A stretch of DNA of 64,000 bases from a virus (IMGVR_UViG_3300037461_000748:1-64000), one strand, 5' to 3'. Positions 8,489-18,604 are shown, counted from the first letter of the stretch. The notes: generated by a model from the sequence alone, not told the origin. A program made the numbers and translations.

Positions 8489-8752
8489 ATGAACAGAGAA
8501 GACGTATATAAATTAATAAACAGCGAGCGGATATATCAGGAACAGCTTCCATATTATTCGCAAGAGGCTGAGAAGAAACATTCTATATCTTCTTGGATAC
8601 TTGCTATTGAGAAGCACCTTAACAATGCTAAGTTAGAGATTTATAAACTTGATGATGTCGCTGCATTAGAAGAAGTTCGAAAAATTGCGGCAATTGCGGT
8701 AGCCTGCATGGAGAATAACGATACTCCTGAAAGGCACATCGAACTCAATTAA
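8489..8752 (+). CDS. Small all-alpha protein, MazG-like NTP-pyrophosphatase fold possible
   Basis: ER..Q...EEVRKIAAIAVACME pattern. Confidence 0.45.
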   Translation: MNREDVYKLINSERIYQEQLPYYSQEAEKKHSISSWILAIEKHLNNAKLEIYKLDDVAALEEVRKIAAIAVACMENNDTPERHIELN

Positions 8753-8761
8753 AATTAGGGT

Positions 8762-9097
8762 GTGTCCACCGAACACGCCCTCAAAGGAGTTAATATGCAC
8801 AAAAGTTGTTTCCACTGCTTAACATTTAAACAAAAGAACTGCGAGGGATCAAAATATGATGCGAATTCCAACGACGTTCTTGATTGCTTTGTAGTGGATA
8901 CAGAAGGATTAGAAAAACTAAAAAAAGAGTTTCGAAAAAAATATATGCTATATCATGATATACTTGATAGCTATGACTGTGGTAGAACTCTAGCGGAATA
9001 CATTAATCCACAATTATCAACTTTAAAAATAGAAATAACGGAAGTCTGGGCCAAGATCAAAGAGCTTGATCCTAATGCACCAGATTTTAATTGGTAG
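8762..9097 (+). CDS. Hypothetical Cys-rich protein
   Basis: CFHC..C..C; likely ATG at 8795 after an AGGAG RBS. Confidence 0.6.
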   Translation: MSTEHALKGVNMHKSCFHCLTFKQKNCEGSKYDANSNDVLDCFVVDTEGLEKLKKEFRKKYMLYHDILDSYDCGRTLAEYINPQLSTLKIEITEVWAKIKELDPNAPDFNW

Positions 9098-9104
9098 GAA
9101 AATA

Positions 9105-9299
9105 ATGAAAACAATAATTATATGGGTACTCGGAATCGTATCTAGCCTCACTGGCCTAATTGGATTTGCACTCATAGGTGCAATACCAATAATGTTGTTA
9201 TGGAACTGGCTAATGCCCGCACTGTTTGGGCTAACTAAGGTTGGGCTTTTGAAGGCGCTGGGATTGTCAATTCTAGCAGGATTATTAATTAGAAAATGA
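9105..9299 (+). CDS. Small membrane protein
   Basis: Hydrophobic helices; LLWNWLMPALFGL motif. Confidence 0.7.
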   Translation: MKTIIIWVLGIVSSLTGLIGFALIGAIPIMLLWNWLMPALFGLTKVGLLKALGLSILAGLLIRK

Positions 9300-9517
9300 T
9301 CGTTAAAGTGAAGGATCTCATTGAAGAACTTCATAAACAAGATCCGGAAGCCATAGTCCTAATAGCTGAAGATAATGAAGGAACTACCCTTTGTTACCTA
9401 TTAGGACTATTTTCGGAACCTTGCCTTGTAAATGAGGGTAAACAAGAAGACTTGGATGAAGTGGATCCTAGAAACTATATTGAGAAAGCCGTTGTTTTAT
9501 ATCCAAAATGTACTTAA
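9296..9517 (+). CDS. Hypothetical phage protein
   Basis: MIVKVKDLIEEL..DPEAIV common phage N-terminus; ATGA overlap. Confidence 0.7.
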   Translation: MIVKVKDLIEELHKQDPEAIVLIAEDNEGTTLCYLLGLFSEPCLVNEGKQEDLDEVDPRNYIEKAVVLYPKCT

Positions 9518-9722
9518 CTAGGCAGGAGTTAAAAATGAAGTCTTTAAAAGAGATAATTATAAAAGCATTATGTGCGACAAAGCTGCCATTGACACTTATT
9601 ACGTCGTGGACTACGAATTATATCCTAATGGAGGACATCATATTGTTAGTGGCATGGCTTTGTATAAAGCTCACCACATAGATACTGTGATCTTAGGATT
9701 CTAAAATAAAGGGGAGTAGGCC

Positions 9723-10400
9723 TTGAGCAAAAATAAATTACATAAATACCCAAAGATTTGGCATCTTCCTTGGTCGCGCAGCTGGGATACACATGATCGT
9801 GTGTTTACAGAAGAAGATGTTGATAAACTTTTTGTTGGGAAAGCGGTAACAATTACCGAAAAGTTAGATGGCGAAAATACTAATATGTATAATGATTACA
9901 TTCATGCGCGATCGTTGGATTCAGGTCACCATGTTTCCCGTAGTTGGGTTAAACAATTGCATGCTAATATTAAACACGATATTCCAGACAATTGGAGAAT
10001 CTGTGGAGAAAATGTGTATGCTAAACATAGCATATTATATCATGATTTGCCTACTGCCTTTTTTGTCTTTGGAGTATATGATGAGAACAATAACTGCCTT
10101 AGCTGGGAAGATACAAAATATTTTGCAAAAGACTTGGGATTGGCTTGTGTGCCTGTTCTGGAAGATAATAAACTTTTTCAAAGATCTATTCACGAAGAAG
10201 TTTATACGGGTAAGTCTGCGTTTAACAGAAGTGAGCAAGAAGGATATGTCGTCAGGCTCTCCGGACAAATTAGTTGGGCTCAGCATAATATTAGTTATGC
10301 TAAGTTTGTACGCCCTAATCATGTCAGAACTACCAAGAATTGGATGACACAATTAATAATTAGGAACGAGGGAAATTTTAATGAAAAAACACCCAAATGA
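9723..10400 (+). CDS. RNA ligase (Rnl2-like/RNA_ligase family)
   Basis: KYPKIWHLPWS, TEKLDGEN, ICGEN, EGYVVR, AKFVR. Confidence 0.88.
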   Translation: MSKNKLHKYPKIWHLPWSRSWDTHDRVFTEEDVDKLFVGKAVTITEKLDGENTNMYNDYIHARSLDSGHHVSRSWVKQLHANIKHDIPDNWRICGENVYAKHSILYHDLPTAFFVFGVYDENNNCLSWEDTKYFAKDLGLACVPVLEDNKLFQRSIHEEVYTGKSAFNRSEQEGYVVRLSGQISWAQHNISYAKFVRPNHVRTTKNWMTQLIIRNEGNFNEKTPK

Positions 10401-10529
10401 ACCCGATCTCTCTCACATTAAAGAGATTAGAATAGAATTAATTAAGAATATGGATGAAGAGGACAGAGAAAGAAAAATTTATGCCCTCGACGTTCAGATT
10501 AAGAGGTTGGAAAGCCTGAAGGAGTAGCA

Positions 10530-11768
10530 ATGAATAGACTACACTATAATACTTTTAATTTTCCTATTACTGAAATCCGCTTAGGATATTACTCTGCTGC
10601 GTATTTCTGGAGAATGAAAAAAATATTAGAGCAAAGTAACAATGAGAAAAACGCAACAATGCAAATCTTTAATAAGGTTGATAATGCAATAGTTTGCGGT
10701 ACCGACGAAGTATTAGCATTATTGCGACTATGTGTAGGCCATTGGAAATATCAAAAAACAGCGGATGTTTTGTTTGAGAACTATTTACAAACAAAAGAAA
10801 AGTATAAGGAAGCTTTTAATAATAATCTCTTTTATTTATGTGAAAGCTATCAAGCAATCTTATCAGAGATTCAAGAAGAATTAAGTAGACTGTGGATAAA
10901 CACCCACCAGGACTTAGACGTAAAATCGTTACACGACGGAGACGTTACCACAAAACACAAGGCTGTAATGACAATTACTGGTAAGGCATCAGAATTTGCG
11001 CACCTTGAATCAATTTATCTTGGAATTTTAGCCAGAGGTACAAGAGTTGCTACTAATACTAGGCGAGTATGTTCTGCTACTAATAAGCCAATTATTTTCT
11101 TTGCCGACCGATTCGATCGTTGGTCAAATCAAACTGCGGATGGATATGCTGCGCACATAGGTGGTGTGCTTGGAGTGGCAACTAACTCCATGGGTAAATG
11201 GTGGGGAGAGGGTGGCATGGGTACTACTCCTCATGCGTTAATTGCAATGGAGGGAGGGGACACTGCTAAAGCTGCTGAATTGTTTGGAAAATATTATCCT
11301 AATGAAAAAAATATTCCATTAGTAGATTTTCACAATGACTGCGCTTTTGAATCTATCAAAGTATTACAACACTGCGAAGAAAAGAACATTCCTATATGGG
11401 GTGTTAGATTGGACACCTCTGAGACAATGATTGATGACGGAGTATTACAATGTATGGGACAAACTTCTATCACAGGAGTATGCCCGGCATTGGTTAATGA
11501 AGTGAGACGTCGCCTAGATTCTTACAATTTTCAAAATATCAAGATTGTTGTATCCGGTGGATTTACTGCCGACAAAATAAAGTTATTCGAAGAAAACAAT
11601 GTTCCTGTCGATGCCTATGGCGTAGGGTCTTCGTTGCTACAAGGTAATTTTGATTACACAGCAGACATCGTTAAAGTAGACGGCATACCTATGGCTAAGA
11701 AAGGACGCTCGTTCAATCCTGATATAAACCTAGAGGATGTACATTGGAATGAAATTTATAATACCTGA
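10530..11768 (+). CDS. Nicotinate/nicotinamide phosphoribosyltransferase-like protein
   Basis: FADRFD, GTTPHALIA, LVDFHND, GVRLDTS, IVVSGGF, GVGS, TADIV...KKGR. Confidence 0.88.
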   Translation: MNRLHYNTFNFPITEIRLGYYSAAYFWRMKKILEQSNNEKNATMQIFNKVDNAIVCGTDEVLALLRLCVGHWKYQKTADVLFENYLQTKEKYKEAFNNNLFYLCESYQAILSEIQEELSRLWINTHQDLDVKSLHDGDVTTKHKAVMTITGKASEFAHLESIYLGILARGTRVATNTRRVCSATNKPIIFFADRFDRWSNQTADGYAAHIGGVLGVATNSMGKWWGEGGMGTTPHALIAMEGGDTAKAAELFGKYYPNEKNIPLVDFHNDCAFESIKVLQHCEEKNIPIWGVRLDTSETMIDDGVLQCMGQTSITGVCPALVNEVRRRLDSYNFQNIKIVVSGGFTADKIKLFEENNVPVDAYGVGSSLLQGNFDYTADIVKVDGIPMAKKGRSFNPDINLEDVHWNEIYNT

Positions 11769-12789
11769 TAAGTATGCAGATGAGCACTTAATAACTAGAA
11801 GAAAACACCCAACTCTTCCATTATGGATTTATAATTACACTCCAGAAGTGCAATATGATAAATTATGGGACGAAGTTACTATGCAATGCAGAGGACTGAT
11901 ATTAGATGAGCAATCTAACATCGTTGCTAGACCATTTAGAAAGTTTTTCAATTATGGAGAAATTCCTGTATCAGAAATACCAGATCTTCCATTTACTATG
12001 ACTGAGAAAATGGACGGGTCATTAGTAATAATAACCAGATATAATGGTGAACTAATATTTGCTACAAGAGGTTCGTTTGAATCGGACCAAGTAAAATATG
12101 CTAAAGAGATTTGGTTTAATAAATATCATCACTTAGGTCCAACAATTTGTCACAACTACACATACTTATTCGAGTTAATTGATCCTCGTAATAAAGTTGT
12201 AGTGGATTATCAAGAAGAAGCCGATCTGATAGCGTTAGAGTATACCCCAAATGAGAAGGAAGACTTCAGATATTTTCCAGCTCTTCCTTTTAAAGCAGTC
12301 AAACAACACTTTGGTTTTGATAGCATTGAAGATGTTATAGCTAGCTTAGATGGAGAATGGAATAATAGAGAAGGGTACGTAATACGATTTGAGAACGGTT
12401 ACCGACTTAAAATTAAATCTCCAGAATATTTAAGACTCCATAAAATTATAACTAATACCTCAGAGTTAGGAATCTGGGAAATGCTAAGAGATGGACAAGA
12501 CCTTGTGTTAGCTGATGTACCTGACGAGTTTTATAATTGGGTAAATGAGACTAAGACAAGATTACAAAAGGCTTATAAAGCCATAGAAACTATGTGCAGA
12601 GAATTGGCTAATATGATATTAGAATTAAATCTGCCAACTCGCAAACTAATTGCAGAAGAAGTTAAAAAACAGACTCATTCTGGAATTATTTTCGCCATGA
12701 TAGATGGTAAAGAGTATGCGGAAGATATTTGGAAGATACTACGCCCCCGTGGAGATATTAAGCAAAGCCCGTTCAAGGAGAAGCAATGA
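11737..12789 (+). CDS. T4 Rnl1-like RNA ligase
   Basis: CRGLI, RPFRKFFN, EKMDGS, ATRGSF, EGYV, KIKSPEY. Confidence 0.92.
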   Translation: MYIGMKFIIPDKYADEHLITRRKHPTLPLWIYNYTPEVQYDKLWDEVTMQCRGLILDEQSNIVARPFRKFFNYGEIPVSEIPDLPFTMTEKMDGSLVIITRYNGELIFATRGSFESDQVKYAKEIWFNKYHHLGPTICHNYTYLFELIDPRNKVVVDYQEEADLIALEYTPNEKEDFRYFPALPFKAVKQHFGFDSIEDVIASLDGEWNNREGYVIRFENGYRLKIKSPEYLRLHKIITNTSELGIWEMLRDGQDLVLADVPDEFYNWVNETKTRLQKAYKAIETMCRELANMILELNLPTRKLIAEEVKKQTHSGIIFAMIDGKEYAEDIWKILRPRGDIKQSPFKEKQ

Positions 12790-13058
12790 AAAAGAGGACA
12801 CATGACATAGAACGTTCTAAGCTAGTGAACATAATGACTCCTCATATGCCAAAAGATTTTGAACCTGGAGACAGAGTAGCTTACATTCCTATGCACGCTG
12901 AGTATGATATTACTCATGGAGACGTTGAATGGGGAACTGTTAGCTCTGTTAATAATGTAAATGTATTTGTTAAATTTGATTGGCAAATTACTTATGCAAA
13001 AGCAGAAGACATTTCAGGACAAGCTTGTTCTCCGTCAGACTTAATAATAATTCGGTAA
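12786..13058 (+). CDS. Hypothetical SH3-like protein
   Basis: FEPGDRVAYIP...GTVSSV..VFVKFD. Confidence 0.6.
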   Translation: MKKRTHDIERSKLVNIMTPHMPKDFEPGDRVAYIPMHAEYDITHGDVEWGTVSSVNNVNVFVKFDWQITYAKAEDISGQACSPSDLIIIR

Positions 13059-13110
13059 AAGAATAATAGTGTAAAAACATAAGTTTTAAATTAAGAATTT
13101 TTGGAGTATT

Positions 13111-13404
13111 ATGAGAATATTACAAGGACAACAGCAGCCGCAAATCTCCATTGATATTTCTACGGCAAGGGATTTGTTATGCACACATTGTTTACATCCT
13201 TATTTTCGAAGGGCGCTAAGATTAAAACATAAGTCTGCCATTGCATCTGAAACTGGACAGCCGATGCTAATTCCAGTCGAAGTATTGTTATGCGAACGAT
13301 GTGACACGGAGTTCGATCCGGAAAAAGCGATAGATCAATCATTTAAAGACGTTGAAAAACAACCGCAGAGCGAAAATTCGAATTCAATCGTCAGTACTGA
13401 GTAA
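13111..13404 (+). CDS. Zn-ribbon hypothetical protein
   Basis: CTHC...CERC. Confidence 0.7.
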   Translation: MRILQGQQQPQISIDISTARDLLCTHCLHPYFRRALRLKHKSAIASETGQPMLIPVEVLLCERCDTEFDPEKAIDQSFKDVEKQPQSENSNSIVSTE

Positions 13405-14071
13405 AGGATTCGTCAACGTTGTTGACGTATTAGGCTCAGATCTTACTATTGTTAATTCAGCAAGAGTGAGTTTTGGAAAGAAAAAAGAGATAATCGATGC
13501 ATCAGATCATAAACTTATCGAGTATCTTATCAAAAACAAACACTATAGTCCATTTAGACACGCCATGATGCAATTCCATATTAAAGCTCCTGAATTCGTC
13601 ATGCGCCAATTTTATAAACACGTCGTAGGATGTGAATGGACAAGTAGTTATCCAACTAAGGATCATGCTTGGAACGAGCTTTCTCTTAGATATGTTGAAG
13701 TAGCTGATTACTACGAACCATGTGAGTGGAGAAAGCAGTCAGAGGACAATAAACAAGCCAGTGATGGATTAGTTGATAAGCAGATGGAGTCTAACTTATT
13801 ATATAATAAAGCGATGTCTCACATGCTGTCAGCTTACAAAAATCTATTAGCACTGGGAGTTGCTAAAGAGCAGGCCAGGATAATATTACCGTTATCAATT
13901 TATACGGAAGTATATTGGACTGCATCGTTTCAGGCGATAATGAACTTCATCGAACTCAGAAGAAGTTCGCACGCCCAGTTGGAGATTCGTAAGTATGCCG
14001 AAGTATTAGAAAACATCATGAAAGACTACTTTCCAGTGTCTACTGAACTTTGGCTTAAACATAACCAGTAA
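13352..14071 (+). CDS. thyX: Flavin-dependent thymidylate synthase
   Basis: ARVSF, HYSPF, RQFYKH..NELSLRY, EQARIILP, HAQLEIR. Confidence 0.93.
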   Translation: MKNNRRAKIRIQSSVLSKGFVNVVDVLGSDLTIVNSARVSFGKKKEIIDASDHKLIEYLIKNKHYSPFRHAMMQFHIKAPEFVMRQFYKHVVGCEWTSSYPTKDHAWNELSLRYVEVADYYEPCEWRKQSEDNKQASDGLVDKQMESNLLYNKAMSHMLSAYKNLLALGVAKEQARIILPLSIYTEVYWTASFQAIMNFIELRRSSHAQLEIRKYAEVLENIMKDYFPVSTELWLKHNQ

Positions 14072-14078
14072 ATAAAAG

Positions 14079-14597
14079 ATGAACATTCCTAGAGAAGTGC
14101 GTAGCAGCAGCAAAACTCTGACTAGGACTATATTAAATAGCTCTGCTAAGTTAAAGGCATTTAAAGGCAGAAAACTTACTGAGAATAAATGTGGTCCTAA
14201 GTTTGGAGAGTCACTTTCCATGCTTATGCGCGCAATGTCCACTAATACTAATATCGGTGCTATCAGAAGTGCCGTATCAGTGAACATGGATTTGATGAAA
14301 GTGGTAGACAGAACACTTACCCAAATAGGTAATAAGAGATGTTTACCTCCAATTCTTGGTTACGCTGATAGAGATTGGGGACATATTAGGATATCCTATA
14401 TTGAATACAAATCTTGGACAATAAGACAAAGACGAGTATTCGATAGAATACTAGCAGCTAACACTTATACTAAGGAAGACGGAACAGTCGTTACTTGGAC
14501 CTGGGTTAATAAAGGCTCTAAGAAAGGCTATCTGGCTTTAAAAACAGTTTACAGTGGTTGGGGTTCTGGCGCTAATTCATTACCACGTATTCCATAA
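14079..14597 (+). CDS. Basic hypothetical protein
   Basis: 172-aa ORF in operon. Confidence 0.65.
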   Translation: MNIPREVRSSSKTLTRTILNSSAKLKAFKGRKLTENKCGPKFGESLSMLMRAMSTNTNIGAIRSAVSVNMDLMKVVDRTLTQIGNKRCLPPILGYADRDWGHIRISYIEYKSWTIRQRRVFDRILAANTYTKEDGTVVTWTWVNKGSKKGYLALKTVYSGWGSGANSLPRIP

Positions 14598-14845
14598 TGG
14601 CTGTCGGAGTTGTAAAATTCTTTAATCCCCAGAAGGGTTGGGGATTTATTACAATAGTGAATGAACGGGGCAGTCAAGATGACTGCCTTGTTCATTATAA
14701 TGAAATTTTTTCATCAAGGTCTTACAAAAAATTATATCAAGGCCAAATTGTAGAGTTAGATGTGACCATAGGTCAAAAGGGTCCCATTGCTAAGAATGTA
14801 AAACCAACAATATTAAACGTTAATGGACAAAAAACAATTGATTAA
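14597..14845 (+). CDS. Cold-shock domain protein
   Basis: GVVKFFNPQKGWGFI...VH...GQKGPIAKNV. Confidence 0.9.
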   Translation: MAVGVVKFFNPQKGWGFITIVNERGSQDDCLVHYNEIFSSRSYKKLYQGQIVELDVTIGQKGPIAKNVKPTILNVNGQKTID

Positions 14846-15401
14846 ATTTGAGGAGTTAGGGCAAGAGTTTGATGCTGATAATCGGTTAATCTATTTAGAA
14901 ACTGAAATAGATATCACCACCCCGAGTTTCTTAAAACAGAGAGTAAATATAATTTCGCATCTTACGAAAGATAGCACATCTCCTATCACGGTTGAACTTA
15001 CATCATACGGAGGAGATGCCTTTGGTGCGTTTGCTACCATAGACGTCATTAGACAGTTCCCTATGCCCATTAACATGGCTGCACGAGGCGCAGTAATGTC
15101 TGCTGGGGCTCTATTACTAGTAGCAACAACAGGTAATAGATCCATTACAGAGAATACCTATGTAATGTTACACAGTGCAAGCGGGGCACTCATTGGAAAT
15201 ACTGATGAGATACTAATAGAGGCGGAAAATTTAAAGAATATCACTAACAAGACGTTTGAACTGTTAGAAAGATATTCTAAGAAGCCAATAAAGTTCTGGG
15301 AACAGAAGTGTAAAAAGAATTTCTATTTAACGCCAGAAGAGTGTTTAGAATTCGGCATTGTGGATGAGGTAATACGGATTAATGTCACTGAACGATATTA
15401 G
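14823..15401 (+). CDS. clpP: ClpP-like protease subunit
   Basis: SYGGD, VMSAG, MLH, YLTPEECLEFGIVDEV. Confidence 0.85.
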   Translation: MDKKQLIKFEELGQEFDADNRLIYLETEIDITTPSFLKQRVNIISHLTKDSTSPITVELTSYGGDAFGAFATIDVIRQFPMPINMAARGAVMSAGALLLVATTGNRSITENTYVMLHSASGALIGNTDEILIEAENLKNITNKTFELLERYSKKPIKFWEQKCKKNFYLTPEECLEFGIVDEVIRINVTERY

Positions 15402-15714
15402 AGATATAGATTTGCCAAATTTGTCAGATGATCTTTATAGAAGAACAATGGCAATGTACGGTAATTTACAAATGAAGAATAACTCTTACATAGCGTCAGG
15501 AGTACAGACGTCTCAACCGCCTAAGACAGCAAATACCGAAGACGTATTAGCCAACAAAATGGACCTATTAATGAAACATATTCTGCGGCTGAACAATGCC
15601 GTTGAACGCATAGAACAAAAACTAAGTGAGAGAGATGTCAAACATAAGACGGACAAAGGAGGAAGTAGAAGCGGGGATGACCAAGGAGCAAAAACAACAG
15701 GGGATGACTCTTGA
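15382..15714 (+). CDS. Hypothetical coiled-coil protein
   Basis: 110-aa ORF after GAGGT RBS. Confidence 0.55.
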   Translation: MSLNDIRDIDLPNLSDDLYRRTMAMYGNLQMKNNSYIASGVQTSQPPKTANTEDVLANKMDLLMKHILRLNNAVERIEQKLSERDVKHKTDKGGSRSGDDQGAKTTGDDS

Positions 15715-16156
15715 GGATTTTATTGCTCTACAATCAGCCACTACTCTTAATAAGAGAAGAGATTCCGTTAAGAAAAAGAGAAGAACTCTCCGAGAAATAG
15801 GCAAGGAGATCCTTGAAAGGGAACAGGAAGAAAAGGATATTAGCTCCAAACCCCTTAGAGTTGAGCCCCCTGCTGTTAAAGAAAGGCCTGTTTTCATTGA
15901 GAAACAGATTATTAAGGAAGTTAGAATTCTTGATAAAGAACAAGAAAAGCCTTTAAGAGAAATCATTGAGGAAGAATATGCTAGCGGAACATGGGAATGG
16001 AAAGAGGTTCCATTGGACAAAGAGTTCAGAAGAACTCTATTGGACCAACTTGGAAAAGAAGGATGGAAGTTCGCCTTTGTTTTGGAAAGAGATCTCATCG
16101 ATCCTAATTCAAAGAAGCCGGACGCAATCATGTTACATAGGCTAGCTAAAAAATGA
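15626..16156 (+). CDS. Charged protein with C-terminal DUF4177-like domain
   Basis: WEWKEV...LDQLGKEGWKFAFV. Confidence 0.6.
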   Translation: MREMSNIRRTKEEVEAGMTKEQKQQGMTLEDFIALQSATTLNKRRDSVKKKRRTLREIGKEILEREQEEKDISSKPLRVEPPAVKERPVFIEKQIIKEVRILDKEQEKPLREIIEEEYASGTWEWKEVPLDKEFRRTLLDQLGKEGWKFAFVLERDLIDPNSKKPDAIMLHRLAKK

Positions 16157-16359
16157 ACGAGACTGCTCACAGAATATTAAGTACTATTGACGGAGAAGCT
16201 TCAAAAAAAATGCTAGAAGCAGCGGATATAAATTTCGTACAACCACTATTATTAAAGTTACGAAGTATATTAGAAAACCGTAGAATAGAACTTATGACTT
16301 GCGAAAAAATAATTTCAGACTTTGAGATAGCTCTAAAAGAGTATATTATTAGAGTCTAA
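16153..16359 (+). CDS. Hypothetical protein
   Basis: ATGA overlap, 68 aa. Confidence 0.6.
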   Translation: MNETAHRILSTIDGEASKKMLEAADINFVQPLLLKLRSILENRRIELMTCEKIISDFEIALKEYIIRV

Positions 16360-16369
16360 AGGAGTTAAA

Positions 16370-17140
16370 TTGAGAATTTTTACTCATTTATCATTGGACT
16401 TAGACGCCGCTTCATCAGTAGCATTATATATGCTACATGACCAAAGTATTGAAATTTACGATGTACAGTTTGTTCCAGCAGACTATGATGGGTCTACTAT
16501 GCAAGAAGGAGACCTGGCTCTGGACATATATGCAGGAGGAAAGGGTATAAAAGGTGATAAATCTGCCTTTTCTTCTGTACTAAGAATTGTCGATAAAAAA
16601 TATGCACCGGCTTTTAAAGACGTAGCAACATTTATAGATGTATATGATTCTACGGGTGACTGGAAATTTGCCTATGGAATTCCTAATAGTGAAAGAATTC
16701 CTACGATGTTAGATACCTTCAGATGGATGAAAAGAACCATAGAACACGATGGTGTAATATTATACAATTGGTGTGACATCATTAAAGGGGTTTGGCTATC
16801 TTACAATGATTTTAATAAAGCTAAGAAACTTGCAAATAAAGCTAGATGGGTAGGCCGTAAGGTAGCGCTGATAGAAGGTCGAGCACCTATGCAGACATAC
16901 TCAATTTTATTTAACATCGGAGCTGAGTTTGTAATATACGAGGATGGTAATAACCTTGGAGTTATTAGATCTAATAAAAGTAAAATTAACCTCGGAGAGT
17001 CCTTAGTTAAGTGGTTTCCAGATTGGTTTCACCACCCAGATGGATTCTTATCATGTTGGGGCTCTGCTAAAGCTCCGAAGGATAAACCCTCAGGAGTATC
17101 GATCGATTTTGTATCAGAAATTGTATCAACATTAACTTAA
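16370..17140 (+). CDS. DHH/MYG1-like phosphoesterase-fold protein (divergent)
   Basis: FTH..LDLDA, LDI..GG, WFHHPDGF; AGGAG RBS with TTG start. Confidence 0.5.
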   Translation: MRIFTHLSLDLDAASSVALYMLHDQSIEIYDVQFVPADYDGSTMQEGDLALDIYAGGKGIKGDKSAFSSVLRIVDKKYAPAFKDVATFIDVYDSTGDWKFAYGIPNSERIPTMLDTFRWMKRTIEHDGVILYNWCDIIKGVWLSYNDFNKAKKLANKARWVGRKVALIEGRAPMQTYSILFNIGAEFVIYEDGNNLGVIRSNKSKINLGESLVKWFPDWFHHPDGFLSCWGSAKAPKDKPSGVSIDFVSEIVSTLT

Positions 17141-17150
17141 AAGGAAAATT

Positions 17151-17447
17151 ATGTTGAAGATAGGCAACATTGAGTTGTTTAAGAATTCGATGAGTATTAC
17201 GTTTGAAAACGGTATCAGGGTTAATGCTGTAAAAACAGGTGAAGACCTTGTAACTTTTCGATTTTTAAATGGCAAAGCTGAAAATATTACCAATATGATA
17301 GATGATGCGGTTTCATTAGAGGCTGCTGGTGGTGATGATAGTATCATTGATCCAGAAGACAAAACTGAATCTGTGGAAGCTATTACTACTGATAATATTA
17401 ACGTACTATTAGACTATGTAGTAGTCGCAAGTTCACTTTCTATATAA
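17151..17447 (+). CDS. Hypothetical protein
   Basis: 98-aa ORF with AAGGA RBS. Confidence 0.6.
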   Translation: MLKIGNIELFKNSMSITFENGIRVNAVKTGEDLVTFRFLNGKAENITNMIDDAVSLEAAGGDDSIIDPEDKTESVEAITTDNINVLLDYVVVASSLSI

Positions 17448-17456
17448 TGTAAGAAG

Positions 17457-17485
17457 AAAGGGGCATCGGTGATGCCCCTTTTTTT
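17457..17485. terminator. Intrinsic terminator between convergent blocks
   Basis: AAAGGGGCATC-GGT-GATGCCCCTTTTTTT. Confidence 0.85.
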
Positions 17486-17496
17486 ACCTTAAGAAT

Positions 17497-18039
17497 TTAT
17501 CCGTATCGTTGGGATGGAGTTTTGTAAGTATATAGCGCTTGTTCTGTGTCACGAACTAGTCTAGGCCCACTACTAGCAGCAGAACTAATGTCGGTTTGTA
17601 CAACTTGGGCGGGCGGTTTAGATTTAGGTTTAAATTTTGATTTATCTCTATTAAGTCCAGGAAGATCAAATTGTTCTTTTAGGGCCGCAGGCTTATCAGT
17701 TCTCTTAGGCCTCTCCTGCTTAAATTCTTTAATTGTGTAATACTTTTCATTTGATAAGTAGTCCTTATACCGATCCACGGGTACTAAAGCATAAAAGATT
17801 TTTGCTGGATTATTAGGGTCATAGTGACCAAGCTTTTCTACTTCTTCCCACCCAGCTGAGGCGTTGACTGTCTTAATGATTCCTACATCATAGCCAAATC
17901 TCCTGTTAGGATGATGGGTAACTATGTAACATTGAACTTCATTTTCAATGAGATCTAATAGACCGTCTAAGTATTCAGCATTAAACTCATACTTACGGTG
18001 AGTTATGGTATTCGTTTTATTGTCTACAAAGAGCGGCAT
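17497..18039 (-). CDS. Hypothetical protein
   Basis: 180-aa ORF ending at the terminator. Confidence 0.7.
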   Translation of the reverse strand: MPLFVDNKTNTITHRKYEFNAEYLDGLLDLIENEVQCYIVTHHPNRRFGYDVGIIKTVNASAGWEEVEKLGHYDPNNPAKIFYALVPVDRYKDYLSNEKYYTIKEFKQERPKRTDKPAALKEQFDLPGLNRDKSKFKPKSKPPAQVVQTDISSAASSGPRLVRDTEQALYTYKTPSQRYG

Positions 18040-18118
18040 TGGATTTTTTCTTTTTTATCATGTTAACAAGGTTAATGAAAAGCTACTGACTTGCCCCGCA
18101 AGTCGGTCGCTTCTTATC

Positions 18119-18604
18119 TTAACTTTTAGCGATGCTCTTAGCCTCTTCACTAATATTATATCTATCGATGTTGTTATCGAGCCAGGTTCTGAACGTAGGA
18201 AATCCTGGTACATTTGCCGAGGACCTTTTTTTAGCAGAGTACCAATCAGCTAAGCTTTCTAACTCTGTTGCTACGTCTTTTGGTTTCCCAACTTTATGAG
18301 CATGATGCGGTGAACGGGCATAGTGCTCTCTTATTTTAATTCCCCACTCATTTTTTAGCTTAGGATTTTTACTACCCTTTTGACCCTGAGGTCCATAAAA
18401 CCACTCAGCATATCTCATAAACATCTTTGGTAAGAATTTATCAAGATCATGTACTAGCAGCTTGACTCTAGGGACTGATAATTGTCTTCCCGCCTGGTAA
18501 ACATCAATCTTATGTTTAACCAAATCTTTACCATAATCCCAATAGTCTTCAAGATCAGCTCCATAGGCTGCTAATTTTTCGAATAATACTTCTGCTTTAT
18601 CCAT
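18119..18604 (-). CDS. DUF5662-like HD-type protein with MDKAE..FEKLA leader
   Basis: HK..V, HDLDKF, HY..SPHH, ADW motifs. Confidence 0.7.
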   Translation of the reverse strand: MDKAEVLFEKLAAYGADLEDYWDYGKDLVKHKIDVYQAGRQLSVPRVKLLVHDLDKFLPKMFMRYAEWFYGPQGQKGSKNPKLKNEWGIKIREHYARSPHHAHKVGKPKDVATELESLADWYSAKKRSSANVPGFPTFRTWLDNNIDRYNISEEAKSIAKS

